The notes beneath the pieces are model-generated. The model had not been told where the DNA came from and made no database searches. It saw only the letters and a program-made list of their open reading frames with translations. The translations under genes and the position numbers were made by a program. DNA of 56,056 nt, counting the filler, from Sphacelaria rigidula (lineage: Eukaryota): the NCBI GenBank assembly GCA_964200075.2. It is 6 parts of 6 records of this genome, joined end to end, with 100 filler letters (N's around TTAATTAATTAA, not from the genome) between each part and the next. Parts side by side here need not be neighbours in the genome. Positions count along the whole stretch, not along the records: positions 1 to 9,261 come from CAXNAA020008897.1; positions 9,362 to 18,621 come from CAXNAA020008898.1; 4 more parts are not named here. One strand, given 5' to 3'. How positions within the stretch are numbered: position 1 is the stretch's first letter; each line of letters begins with the position of its first letter. Shown piece after piece: positions 1 through 11,400 of the stretch.

Positions 1-61
1 CCCCCCCGTTCTCTTCTCACCTTGTTTTGTTGCAACATTTTTGGTGAAAAATATGGAACAG

Positions 62-3000
62 GTTCTGGAACTCCGAGGTGACTCGTTCCAGCACTTCGGC
101 AACGCCGCCGTGGTGCAGAGTATCGTGGATAGGCTGCCGGAAATTGCCAAAGAAGTTGCCGCGCCGCTGAGCAAGACGGAAAAGGTAAGAGTAAAGCTGA
201 ATACGGGGGGGAAATGCAAGGAAAAACAAAGAATGAAAAAGTAACAAGAGAAGAGAAGATGAAGCGAACAGCGTGATGGAAAATAAAAATGTACTGTCGG
301 GGGACTTGCTATCATATTTGCCTGAAGAAACTGTATTCGATGTGGAGTGAACGACAAACCATGGCGCAGCTCGAACAACTTCGTACAAAGTGTAGAAGAA
401 ACAAGTAAGCAGCGTCGTTGCAGCCTGACATTGTGGCTAAGTCATACGTTATATTGCGTTAGAGAACGCCCACTCGTTCTCCTTTGCCCATTGCACTTGG
501 CATGTTTTCAAAAGTCGTACCGTGAATCACTGAGGATATCACCCCTCCCCCCCTTCTCCACCGCCTGGTCCGACGAAAACACGGCGTGCTCCGTCGCAGC
601 TCTGTATAGATGACAGTCGTATGACTGCCGCATGCAGAATCATAAGTGAACCCCGCCGCCAAGGCTTACGTATCACCCAAACATCGAGTGAATCATGAGG
701 AATACCATCTCCCATCGTCCCCTGTCCACACTGAATATTAGCCAGACTACCATCACGTGAGATGACGAGGGATTTCACCCCCACCAGAGAGTGAAATGGT
801 CATGCCCGAAAAATCTTGATGACCACAATATTGAACGACGACCGGAATTTGTTTTCAGACCGTTCCGCAACCGCCGAAGGCGGCAACGAGCCTCCCCCGG
901 CGAGAGATATTTCAGAGCGCAATGCGCTATTTAGCTTGTCACTTCGTCTTCCTTTCTGATGCGTTGACGGACTTGCACGAGCGTGGGGTTCATTTCATGG
1001 CAGACGCTTATAAACTGTTATCGTAATGGGTGTCCACACGAGCAAGACATGCTGAAAATGGCATTCTCATATATTTTACTTCAGAGCAGAATTTTGCGCT
1101 TATTTTTGTTTCCCCTCAACGAGACTGGAGTCGTAATGAAATCCGGATATCGTTCGTGATCAGACCCGCTGTGAGGTGATGATAAATCAGGATAAATATG
1201 TTTTTATGCGGGCATTATCCCCCCCCCCCCCCCACATGCAAGTAGTGGGATTCAATTGGCACGTTAACCGATATAGTATACTTGCAGGCTGCCATACTGA
1301 CCTGCACTAATCCGTGTATTATATGTGAATTGCACCGCAATACTCGACGTGCTTACAGATGGTGTTCATATCTGGTGGAGAAAACGGGGGCGCCGGCAGC
1401 AAGCTCACGCAGGATGTCGGGAACATTTTGGCGCAGCTTCCTGTCACCGTCGAAGCGTTGACCGGCGTCGACATCACCAAGGGGTTGGAAAGGTTCGACA
1501 ACAGCTCACGTCCGACAGAACATAACCCGTATCATCTGCTTACTTTGGAACGAATTTTGAACCGCTGTCAGAAAATGCATTCGGTTTAGAACATCTTCCA
1601 AATCGTGGTCGGATGTCGCATTCGGCTCAGATCAAATTACCGAGACGTCGAGAGACAATGCCCTCAGATTGTAACAACTTTCCACAGCATTGTCGAATAT
1701 CTGTTCACGCAGAACGACTTCCTCAAATGTTTGTCAAATATCTGCTCGTTTAGAACCACAGTGACGTCGTCAAAATTGATATTGGGCAGGTAGATCTCCC
1801 GATATCTGTGCATGTGCGTGCGCCCAAGACATTCCGCACAAACGATTATTACTTCTTTAAAAAAAGTTATCCATCAGATGAGCGACTTGGCGAAGGTCTA
1901 TATCGAGTAAACTGTTCGGTGAAGGAATGCGGGGGTCCTGTCGGGAAGCATTACGATGATACTGTGGTATTGATAATACACATGCTCAGATTTGGCACAA
2001 GTGCATCGCTTCGGCCACAAAATTGGCATACGGCGGGTGGATATCCAGCTACAGTATCCGTGCGTGTAAGTGTACGTGAGACGTTTGGCATAAAACAAAA
2101 TGTAGACATACCATACGTATTGTCAGCTTCAGCATGAACACGTTGTTCCGGGACAAACACAATATTCCATGAAGGCATGAACGAATGGCAGCTCTGTTCT
2201 ATTCCCAGATATGGAACAGAACAAAACATATACTTCGTAGAGTAGCTCTACAAGCGTTGTCAGGTGTTTGTTCGCTTCAGAGCACTTTCCCCCACACGAT
2301 GTTGGATACTTGTTCATTTAGGAACTTTTGTCGGATGCCTGTTGATTTTCGAACACTTTTTCAAGACTTTGTCAAGACAATCGATTCATCATGCAGCACA
2401 ATGGTACAGTAGGTGCTTCAGAACAAATGTCTGAACCATGCAGAATTCGTTCTCTGCGGTCGGACGTGAGGGTAAAATATTAAGGGCGTACGGGTCACTC
2501 TGCAGCCTGTAGGGATATGAACCTTGCACATTCGTTGCCGTCGTATTTTTGTTTCCAAGATTCGATTCAAGTGTCGACGGGGAAAAGGGATGACGGAACC
2601 CTTCTCGCCTTTGAAACTGAGGCAAGCACCGCAAAAGGAAGGCGGAGAAAAAAGAAAAAACACATGTGTGACCTCCGTACTGTGTGCGCCCGACTGGTGC
2701 GCTCTCATACATCCACCGGAAGGTGTACGCCTGACGTCCACGGGACGAAACACGCACACACAAAGGCACACTCAAGGATATATATATATATATATACTCT
2801 GTTTTACCCATTACCGCATTTTCCCTTCTTGAGTTCTCTTACAGCGAGTTTTTCCACCCGTCAACGTTGGTACGTACGTCTCTTGTGCGATCACGGCTAG
2901 ATTTAATAGCGGACCAATAAATGTGCGATCACCAATCAATCGTGTGTCGTTGTCATTTTCATGACTGTATTTTGAGAAATAGCATGGAAAGAACGTGTGA

Positions 3001-3405
3001 TTGCCGTTTTCAACCACAGGGACAAGATTGTCAGGTGATCTATCAGTGCTGTATGTGCGACACGTGGCGGTGGCCCACCCAGAACATGCAATCATTCATC
3101 ATCCATCACTCGTATCCAAGGAAATACAGGTACAGTCCACCTTAGGTTACGTACACGGGTACACAACAAGTCTGCACTATTTTTACATATCCGTACTGCT
3201 CGTCGCGCTGCTCGTCGCGCGGAACCTTCAGTGCATGTGCAGTCAGTACCGCACTGCTAATGTCATGCTCCATCGCTCATTGATTGTTCCCGTCTTCAGA
3301 TACTTGGGGGCTGGCGCTACAGACAGCGACGGGGCGGTTGATCCAAAGGTTGCAGCGGCTCTGCTAGCTGCCAAAGGCGGGCGCCGCCGCAGCGGCCACT
3401 CCTGA
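62..3405 (+). CDS. FLOT: Flotillin (SPFH/band-7 family), 3' part only; exons 62-184, 1359-1492, 3300-3405 (stop)
   Basis: Spliced peptide VLELRGDSFQHFGNAAVVQSIVDRLPEIAKEVAAPLSKTEK|MVFISGGENGGAGSKLTQDVGNILAQLPVTVEALTGVDITKGLER|YLGAGATDS...GHS* matches the flotillin C-terminus (LPxIAxxVAAPLxKT...LPxxVxALTGVD). Acceptors cag at 59-61, 1356-1358, 3297-3299; donors gtaaga at 185 and gttcga at 1493; phases 0 and 2 are consistent. Upstream exons lie outside the window. Confidence 0.9.
2540..2765 (+). mobile_element. SINE-A-related 3' body lacking the tRNA head (in flotillin intron)
   Basis: GTCGACGGGGAAAAGGGA...GGCAAGCACCGCAAAAGGAAGG...CTGGTGCGCTCTCA...GGGACGAAACAC matches the SINE-A 3' part; upstream sequence differs. 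Confidence 0.7.
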
Positions 3406-3974
3406 ACCGTCACCGCGTGGAGCACCCACGCCCCCGGCATCAACCATTCATCATGGAGCACACCCACGTGGAAGAGGCCGATCAGAAACGCTTCTGATGG
3501 ATGACTGTTGACGATTGGTCCGTAGGCATGGATAGCTATGGCTGCCAGCAAGGAAGAGCCAGCGCGGCAACGGTCCCTTCGAAACTTTCTACCCCGGACA
3601 CAAACCCAGCGCTGAGTAGTATCTTATCAAGGCCACAGTGAGAGAAGGGTCGTCAGGGACATCCTTCTGATGATGACAACGATGGTGATGGTGAACCGGT
3701 ATAAATGTGTGTGCGTGTTACTGATAGTGGATACGATTATTTGTGGTGTCATTTTAGGAGTGAACGGACTCAGCCACATATTGTCAACAGTTTGTGTGTG
3801 TGATAAGATTGAGACATGTATTGCCAACGTTTTGTGTGTGTGTGTGTTCTAAGTAGTGTGAAACATGATTCTGCGTTTGTTTTTGGAATGGAAAATAGTC
3901 AGGAAGACGAGACCTGGCGCGGTGGTACATTATATGTTTTTCTCGAAAGGAGGCGGCCGGCGATGGGGGGCGGT

Positions 3975-4060
3975 GGGGCGTACTCATTTGTTGCTTGTCT
4001 CCATCGTTTGACCATTGACCACGCATCCCTTTCGAGACGAAGCACCGTTCTCTACTGGAG
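3975..4060 (+). repeat. Dispersed repeat GGGG(T/C)GTACTCATTTGTTG...ACCACGCATCCCTTT; also 19033-19125 (+) and 27905-27981 (-)
   Basis: Three visibly homologous copies on three contigs; terminal motif also near 9492-9505. Confidence 0.75.
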
Positions 4061-5663
4061 AAGGGCGAGTGGGTGCGGGGGTGGGGGGGACGCGGTTGAT
4101 ACGCCGGATTCTTTTACTCTTGCTTGGTTTCGAATAGACCGACGGGGGTTCAAGTATTTTCTCCTTGTATTTTTGTGTTCTGAGAAGAAACGTGAGGCGG
4201 TGAAAAATGGAGCAGTCACTGATTTGTCACACATCAGTGAATTCAGAATTTGTGACTGTTAAGTTCATACATTTGTTTTGGCATTTTTGGTCCTAAATAC
4301 ATGGTTTGTTCGTGCGGTTCCAGTTGTTCCATGCGGTCATTCCGACACGTTGCTCAAATAGCAGCAGAAGTGAAGGGCAGGTGAAAAAAACATATGTGCG
4401 AGAGATGCGCTGACTGAGCTCTTGAGAGACCCACGCACTCATCCCGAGGACAAATGGAGGGAGGGGGTGGGAAAGGGAGGCCTAAGCGCACGACAAAATA
4501 CTACAATGCCGTGCTGGTTTATCGAGCGTACCTTCTTGCCGTGTTCCATGCAAATTCTTGGATGCGCTCTCTTCTCGAATATTTTGGTACACTAGAAGCG
4601 TCTCTGTACACGGGCGAAAGACAGGCGTGAACGTTTTGTACTGTAGGAACAACTAAAAAACTCAAAAGCAGTCATTCATGCTGTTGTGTGTTCATCGTAT
4701 CATTTCAGGAAGTCTAGTGCCCTCATTGAATACGGTTTTTGTGGTTAAAAGTTTATGTTTTGCAGCAGGCAATGGCATATACTTGGGGGGGGGGTGCTTC
4801 CACGCGATTTTCCTTTAGTTTTTCTTGTTGTCATCTTCTGTTTATCCGCGCGTACGTGCTACAGAGTCATGCAGGAGGGTGCATATGCACTGCACACCTA
4901 AGGTAGTGGTACGCTCATAAGAAACTGAAAATCAGGGTCAGCCTGTGTTATGTTTTTTTATGCAAAGGCCTGCTGAATCGGACCCCTTGTGGCGGTCGTC
5001 GCTTAGGCTCAACATATTCTTAATTGGTTTGAGGACGTCAGCCCGTGTTTGTTTTCTTCTTCACAACAACCTCGCTTCTTGTATGTGGATCGCCGTTACT
5101 GTATCGCAGTACATTCGATATACACTAGACAGAGCGTTTCATCCCCTGCGCACTAGAATAGAAGAACCAGTGCATCCGTGTACTCGATCTGCTGTACAGA
5201 TGATCCGCAGTTCCGGTACAAGTGATACGTTGGAGAATTTCTTGTGTTTGCTGTGTTGTTACTTTTGTCCTGGATCAGAGTTCTATGCTGTTTCACTGTA
5301 TGTGTGATGGGGGTTTCGTTTTTATGCTGCCGAGTTTCCGATGATCACTGTCAGTCTCTTGGGTCAAAGTTCTAGGCTGTTTCCATGTGTGTTGGGGGTT
5401 TTGTTCTTATGCTGCCGAGTTTCCGTTAATTATTTCTGTCAGTTTTCAGTCATTTTATGTCGATTGTTCCAGTCAGTGGCGCGTGTGCGTATGTGTGTAA
5501 ATATAGCGTATGATGCAAGTTAAGAACAACTCTTGTCTTTTTCTCTGAGTCAAGTATTGGCGTACACTGGTTTCCGTTCAAAGCGGCTGTTCGTAGAACT
5601 TCGTCATGTCTTTCCACTTCCCGAAAGAAAGCCAACTCTGAGTCCACCATTTCCCGAAGGGAA

Positions 5664-5997
5664 GTGTTGTCGTCCCATCTATTCTGGACGCCGGTCTACA
5701 CCTTTCGGTATGTGTGGGCGCACCAGCCGGGGTCACACAGGAGGGAGGCCAACACAGGATTTGTGTAGTACTCCACCTTCCTTCTGCGGTGCTTGCCTTT
5801 ATTTTTATCGCGAAAGGGGTAGAGAAGTCCCTTTCCCTCTTCGATCATCAAGTCGAATTTTGTGTACCCACGACATAGTCGCTCTCCACTACTGAGCATG
5901 GTGTGAGAAGAAATCCGAGATCGCTCCGAGATTTGAACCCCAGACCCAACCGTCAGAAGGTTTCGAGGTTACCAACTGAGCCACCGGGGCGACCGGT
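5664..5997 (-). mobile_element. tRNA-derived SINE, family A, full length (~335 bp)
   Basis: On the minus strand: head ACCGGTCGCCCCGGTGGCTCAGTTGG (Pol III A box), GGGTTCAAATCTC (B box), conserved body (GCAAGCACCGCAGAAGGAAGGTGGAGTACT; ACCGAAAGGT hairpin) and GACAACAC tail; several homologues in the window. Confidence 0.88.
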
Positions 5998-6610
5998 TAA
6001 AGTATTATAGTATCAACACCGTCGCGTTTCGGACCATTTTCTGGGCTAAACAGGCGGGCCCATACAGCCTCTCGTGTAAGCAGCGAGGCGTTACAGTATT
6101 TTTGCCGAAGAACCGTTACAAACGTACGATGCGCTTTCTCAATTTCTCCCTTCAACACTTTCCTCGTCCTCGCTGCGTGACAGCGGCGCTGTCCCGGGTA
6201 CTCTTCGCCCGGACCTCAGCGCTTCCTGTCTGTTTGGTGGTCGACTTTCTGTCAGTGTGTGACGTTTGGGAGTGATGCCGCGATAGCTCTCCCCAAAGAA
6301 GGGCAGAAACACTATCACAAAAAATCACACAGCGCATGGAGAGACGATGGGCGGTTTCAGGAAGCAGGTCGACACTTTCTACGATAGCCAGCCCCCCCCC
6401 ATAACCAGCGCAAAAGTATCACGAGAACAATGGTGATACAGCGCCTGGTGTTTGGGTTTAGGCTGCATGAAGCGCCTCGTATGGACGACATTGGTGAGAA
6501 CGAATCCAAGCGTGGGGATTCCCAGCTGCTCGTTGTGCTCGGCTTTTTCCACTTTGTTTTACGCGAAGGCGTTGCGTCCCCAAACCAGGCACTTTCTTGG
6601 GGGGGCTATT

Positions 6611-6780
6611 GTAGAAAGTGTCGGTCCTGAAATTCATTTTGAAGAACAAAGATATAGCTAGGTTCAGAAACCATTTGTTGAAAAACGAACTGAAGACTGC
6701 AAATTTAGATGGTTTCAGAAACTAGTTCTTGAAATTTACGATGAAGAATGCAGGTGCAGGTGGTTTCAGAAACCGGGTCT
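6611..6780. repeat. Degenerate ~51-bp tandem repeat, about 3.5 units
   Basis: GG(T)TTCAGAAAC at 6661, 6711, 6762, with TGAAA and TGAAGA at fixed offsets. Confidence 0.7.
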
Positions 6781-7655
6781 GATAACGTCGTATACATGCA
6801 GGTTTTTGCCTCCGTCCCCTTTACACTTTTCTTGGGGGCGCTACAGCGGCATCACCCTTGGGTATGATAAATGATTAATGGTGAAGCAAGGTGATCCCGG
6901 TTCTGTCGGCAACCTACAGGAACCAACAAATGGACCGCATGTATGTACAGTATGGATATATATATATATATATGTTCCTTAGATTAATACTGCTGTTGCT
7001 CTTACCATCTGACAATAATCGTCACAGCAGACTTGGGATCAGCTTTTCGGAATCGCAAAAAATGGAGTCTACGAGAAACAGCTTCAAATGGAAGAGTAGG
7101 ACTTGTGTAGTTACGCAAATATTAGGACAAGCAATTCCCGAAAGCCGCTCGGGAAGACAAATCAGTGGTCCCTTCTTCGATGATCATGTATCTACGTACG
7201 CACACGACTGAACTAATCGACACAAAACGAGGAAATGACCAGCACGAGAAGCTGCAGGTGTAATAAAGAAGAACTCTTGAATATCCATGAAGAGAGGGCA
7301 GTCATTATCTCTGTAAGACCGGATAGGAAACACTTGGAGTAGCTTGCAATAATACCTCTGTTCCTGTGGTCTCAGACAGTGACCGAATGGTATTCCTTTC
7401 ATACGTAATCCCCACAATAAAGAGGAGTGAAAAAAGCGCAGACCCAACGAAAGATTAGATAAATATTGTACATATATGGATGGAAGACGAAACAGTGTTT
7501 CCAAAAACGTCGAACCCATCATGTGATTTCCAGCATCATCATCCTTGACATCAGCTCATTAGATCCGAGGCGACAAGAAGCTCACATTACGACAGCAATT
7601 GAAAAGAAATGAGAAAACCCGTTAATAGCACGTCCCCCGCTTCTTCGTTTTATAA

Positions 7656-7937
7656 CAAATCTTCGAAATATGTTTCCATTCCTTCACCTACTGGTAGCTA
7701 TTAACAAGTGCCACACGCCCGCCAGATTTGGATTTCGATAACCGCAATGTTGGGGTCCGAGAGGGGAAAACAGTTTTGGGGAATTTCGGCAATCCGATCG
7801 GATGACCTAGATTCTGCAAAATGATTTTCCCCCTTGGACCCAACATTTAGGTTATCGAAATCCAAATCTGGAGGGCGTGTAGCAGTTGTCAATAGCTACC
7901 AGTTGGTGAAGGCATGAAACCATATTTCGAAGATTTG
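7656..7937. mobile_element. Fold-back / MITE-like palindrome (~280 bp)
   Basis: CAAATCTTCGAAATATG...CATATTTCGAAGATTTG; arms pair inward to the centre ATCCGATCGGAT (~7797). Confidence 0.85.
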
Positions 7938-8226
7938 GTGTTGATACGAGGATTTTTTTTTCCGGGTTCTCATCATCGATGAAAAGCTCATTCCTCCATT
8001 TCGATGATCGGCTGTTTTACGCTTGTAACTCATGTCCGTTCCCTTCTTTGGTTATGTTTCTGTTCTTTTCTCCCCTCAGTGTATGAGCTTGTTCATACCG
8101 TCGAGTACTTGCTCGAGATCTTGGATTCGAGTAATGCCACAGTAAAGATGCGCAAGAAATGTCCCAGGTTTGAAATTGTTAGGAATCTTTCACCCCATCC
8201 AAAAAAACGACTCGTGAATCGTGCAC

Positions 8227-9074
8227 ACCCTGGACAATACAATATGAAAAATATATTGCCCGCTCAATATATCGACGCGTCGGGTGGTCAATATATGTTG
8301 GGCGAGCAATATGATGACACGAGAGAGGGTCAATACATATTGTGCCATCAATATATCAAGGCTCACGACATGCAATATATATCGATCGAACAATATATCA
8401 CGACACGCGCCACCTCAATATATATATTGGCCGAGTAATATGTTGGTGAGAGAAGGCACCAATATATACATAATCGAGTAAAACATTTGCTGCCACCCGA
8501 GGTCAATATATATTCACGATTCAATATACTCGACACCCGAAGCGCCAATATATATTGCCGCCTCAATATGTCGTGCGTCAATGCGTCCAATATATGTTGG
8601 GCGGACAATACACGAGGGAACTGACGGTCACAATACATGTTGATGTAGCAAAATATAGTGATTTTCAATATATAGATTGGAAAGTGTATCGGACTTGATA
8701 TAGTGGGCAGTTCTTTGTTCGCGGGTGCCATTCGAAGACGTATTTTACACGCCGAAAATGCTCAACGAATTCCTCCGCAAGCGTGTTCAATATATATTGG
8801 CTGCACAATAGCTATCCGATCAGCGTGCGCAATATATATTGGAAAAGCAATACTTCTGCATGGTTTGCGTTCAATATATATTATGGTGACAATATGCTAC
8901 GCTCTCCTCGACTCAATATATACTTCATGATCATGACACGAGCAATAAATAAATGTTGTTGCTTCAATATCTCCGAGGACATCTCAACACAATCTATATT
9001 GAAGAGAAAATATTTACGCTGGCTCCAATACAAAGTATTGGTATCATATTGGAACATATAATATTGGCCAGGGT
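8227..9074 (+). mobile_element. Non-autonomous TIR element containing a 42-bp-period bipartite repeat array
   Basis: Imperfect TIRs ACCCTGGACAATACAATATG / CATATAATATTGGCCAGGGT; units CAATATATATTG-N6-CAATAT-N18 starting at 8289, 8331, 8373, 8416, 8460, 8504, 8546, 8588, 8631 and 8788, 8830, 8872, 8914. Confidence 0.75.
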
Positions 9075-9261
9075 ATAGGCAACACGGCCCCGGTGACCAC
9101 AGGGGTACCAAAAGGCGCATAACACTATATTCGTGAGATTCAGAGCGTAGTTTCAGATTTAAAGTCAAACCCGAAACAATTGACTTTCCAGTCGATTTTG
9201 ACATCGCCACAGTTCGAGGAGTAATGCCTTAAGCTGGTGAAGCGGTGGCTTCAATGGAAGC

Positions 9262-9361
9262 NNNNNNNNNNNNNNNNNNNNNNNNNNNNNNNNNNNNNNN
9301 NNNNNTTAATTAATTAANNNNNNNNNNNNNNNNNNNNNNNNNNNNNNNNNNNNNNNNNNNN
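9262..9361. other. Artificial contig linker (N44-TTAATTAATTAA-N44)
   Basis: 100-nt N block with a central six-frame-stop motif; identical at five positions ~9.36 kb apart. Confidence 0.97.
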
Positions 9362-10566
9362 ACTGTCCCCGCCGGGGGAGGGGGGGGGGCCCCGGGTAAA
9401 AAGGCAAAGCGGGCCAACCCAAAAAAACGCCCCCCCCCCCCCCCCCCCCCCCCCCCGACACACACACACTCCGCTATGGTATACATTATCATGAGTACAC
9501 CCCCCACTCCACCCATTCCCTCCTTCCTCGGATTTTTTTACAAGAATCACTTGCAGTAATGTACCGTGAAATGACGAACGTTTCACAGGGTTCTCGAGTG
9601 ATCAGCATAGCCGCGGAGTACGTGCTGAAGCCCCGCCCGTCGACCTAGTGGCACTGCTGGTGCACTGCGAAACATTTTTTCAAGGCCTTTTGGCCACACC
9701 GAGCTGGGGTTGGAGCCCCAGCCATACGCGGTTTGCCCCGTCCATGTCGGTACCAAAAGTGCAGAAATGCCATTTGCCGGCCTCTGACTTATGTATTTTC
9801 TGCGTGCGATATTTGGGTAGGTATTGCTGTTTCAAACCAAGAACCTCATTTCACAAGCAATGGCTAACGGCGCCAGTGTTTTTTGTCACACTCGCATCAC
9901 ACAATGAAGCCTGACCCTAGCCCTAACCCTCCCTGATTCATCATCAGGCGGTACCACTTGCGTTGCTGCTACGGATACCACTACGTGTAGCTGATGGCAA
10001 CAACGCGCATGCTCACACGTCACCCTACCATCTTCTATGAGGGCAGCATGCACGCGCAGGTGTCGACGAGGGGGTCACTCCCGCGTGAGACTTACCCAAT
10101 GCGAAACAAAACATTCTAATCAGGGACAAATTGAAAGCCACCTGACATCATCCGAGTCACCGATGTTCTCTGCCACAACGTTCTGAAGTTCTCGCTGGGG
10201 TCATGCGTCATACCACGCTCGTAAAACCGAAAGGTGGGCTACAACTCACAGCGGCGGTGTGTTTGACTCGGTGGTACGGCATCACACCGACCGTATCAAG
10301 ACGCTAGGGTAGATCCGGAGCCGTCGGGACTGTCTTGTGACCGGCAGCATATGAAACGCGAGTATTCGTCGTCGCCAGGGCTGAAGTCTTGTGGGACACC
10401 TTGAATGTACCTTGATTGTCGACTCGTGGCTAATGGTGAACGGCGTCTTGTTTCTGAGATCTTCGACAGCTTCTCTCTCACCCTCTACGATGTATCTGAT
10501 GACGAGTTGGCGATCACCGATATATAGGGATGGACCTTCAAGTCCGTGTGTGATTCATTGTTCGTT

Positions 10567-11400
10567 AGAGGGATTTGACCACTAGACCAAGTTGTCCGCG
10601 ACAAAAGGATTCTCTTCGAGGTCGAAAGCCCCTCGACGCATTCCTCCGGGTTGCCCCTCGCCAACGCTGCTAGTGACAAGATCGAGTGCCTAACGTCTTT
10701 CCACCACTATGGGACAGATTTGCCCTCGCCTATTTTCTGCTGCTGGAAAGAGTGGTCGGGTCGACAATCGAACTCAGTACTTCTTTTGATCGTCAGAGGG
10801 ATTTTACCACTAGACCAAGTAGACAGCGCTGACTACTTGGTTCAGTGATGAAACCCCTTCAACGAACAAAAAGAGGGATTTTGGCCTCGAAAGCCCCTCC
10901 ACGCGTTCCTCCGGGTTGTCCCTCGCCAACGCTGCAGCTGACAGGATCCAGCGCCTCTAACGTCTTTTCACGGCAGTAGAAAACATTTTTCCTCGACAAT
11001 GGGAAAGAGTGGACTCACCAAGAATCGAAGTCGGGTCCATTTTTACGGAAGAGGGATCTTGCACCACTAGACCAAGTAGTCAGCGAGACCAAGGAGTCAG
11101 CGCTGAAACTTGGTCTGGTAGTGGATAATTCCTCTTCCGTCAAAATTGACCCGACGTCGGTTCTCCGTGAGCCCACTTTTTTCCATTGTCGGGGAGAGAT
11201 ATTCACCACTGTCGTGGAAAGGCGTTAGGGGCACTGGATCTTGTCAGCTGCAGCATGGGGGAGGGGCAATCCGAAGTAATGCGTCAAAGGGGCGTTCGAG
11301 ACCAAAAATGCTTGTTTTGTACGGTATTTTTCGTTCGGGAGATTTGACCATTAGACCAAGTAGTCAGCGCGGACTGCTTGATCTAGTCGTGAAATTCCCC
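10567..11400. repeat. Tandem of ~200-bp cassettes separated by a ~60-bp palindrome; third cassette inverted
   Basis: GAGGGATT..ACCACTAGACCAAGTAGTCAGCGCTGACTACTTGG.. at ~10567 (half site), 10796-10859, ~11050-11140 and ~11336-11400; cassettes ~10610-10790 and ~10880-11045 are direct, ~11145-11310 is their reverse complement. Confidence 0.8.

Noticed and set aside
5920-5997. tRNA gene (and equivalent heads at 27504, 31853, 33354, 47689, 55841)
   Set aside because: A and B boxes are present but the cloverleaf arms are degenerate and the heads are fused to a common repeat body; these are SINE heads.
8227-9074. CRISPR array
   Set aside because: Conserved parts are only 12+6 nt, there are no cas genes, the context is eukaryotic, and a dispersed second copy has the same spacers.
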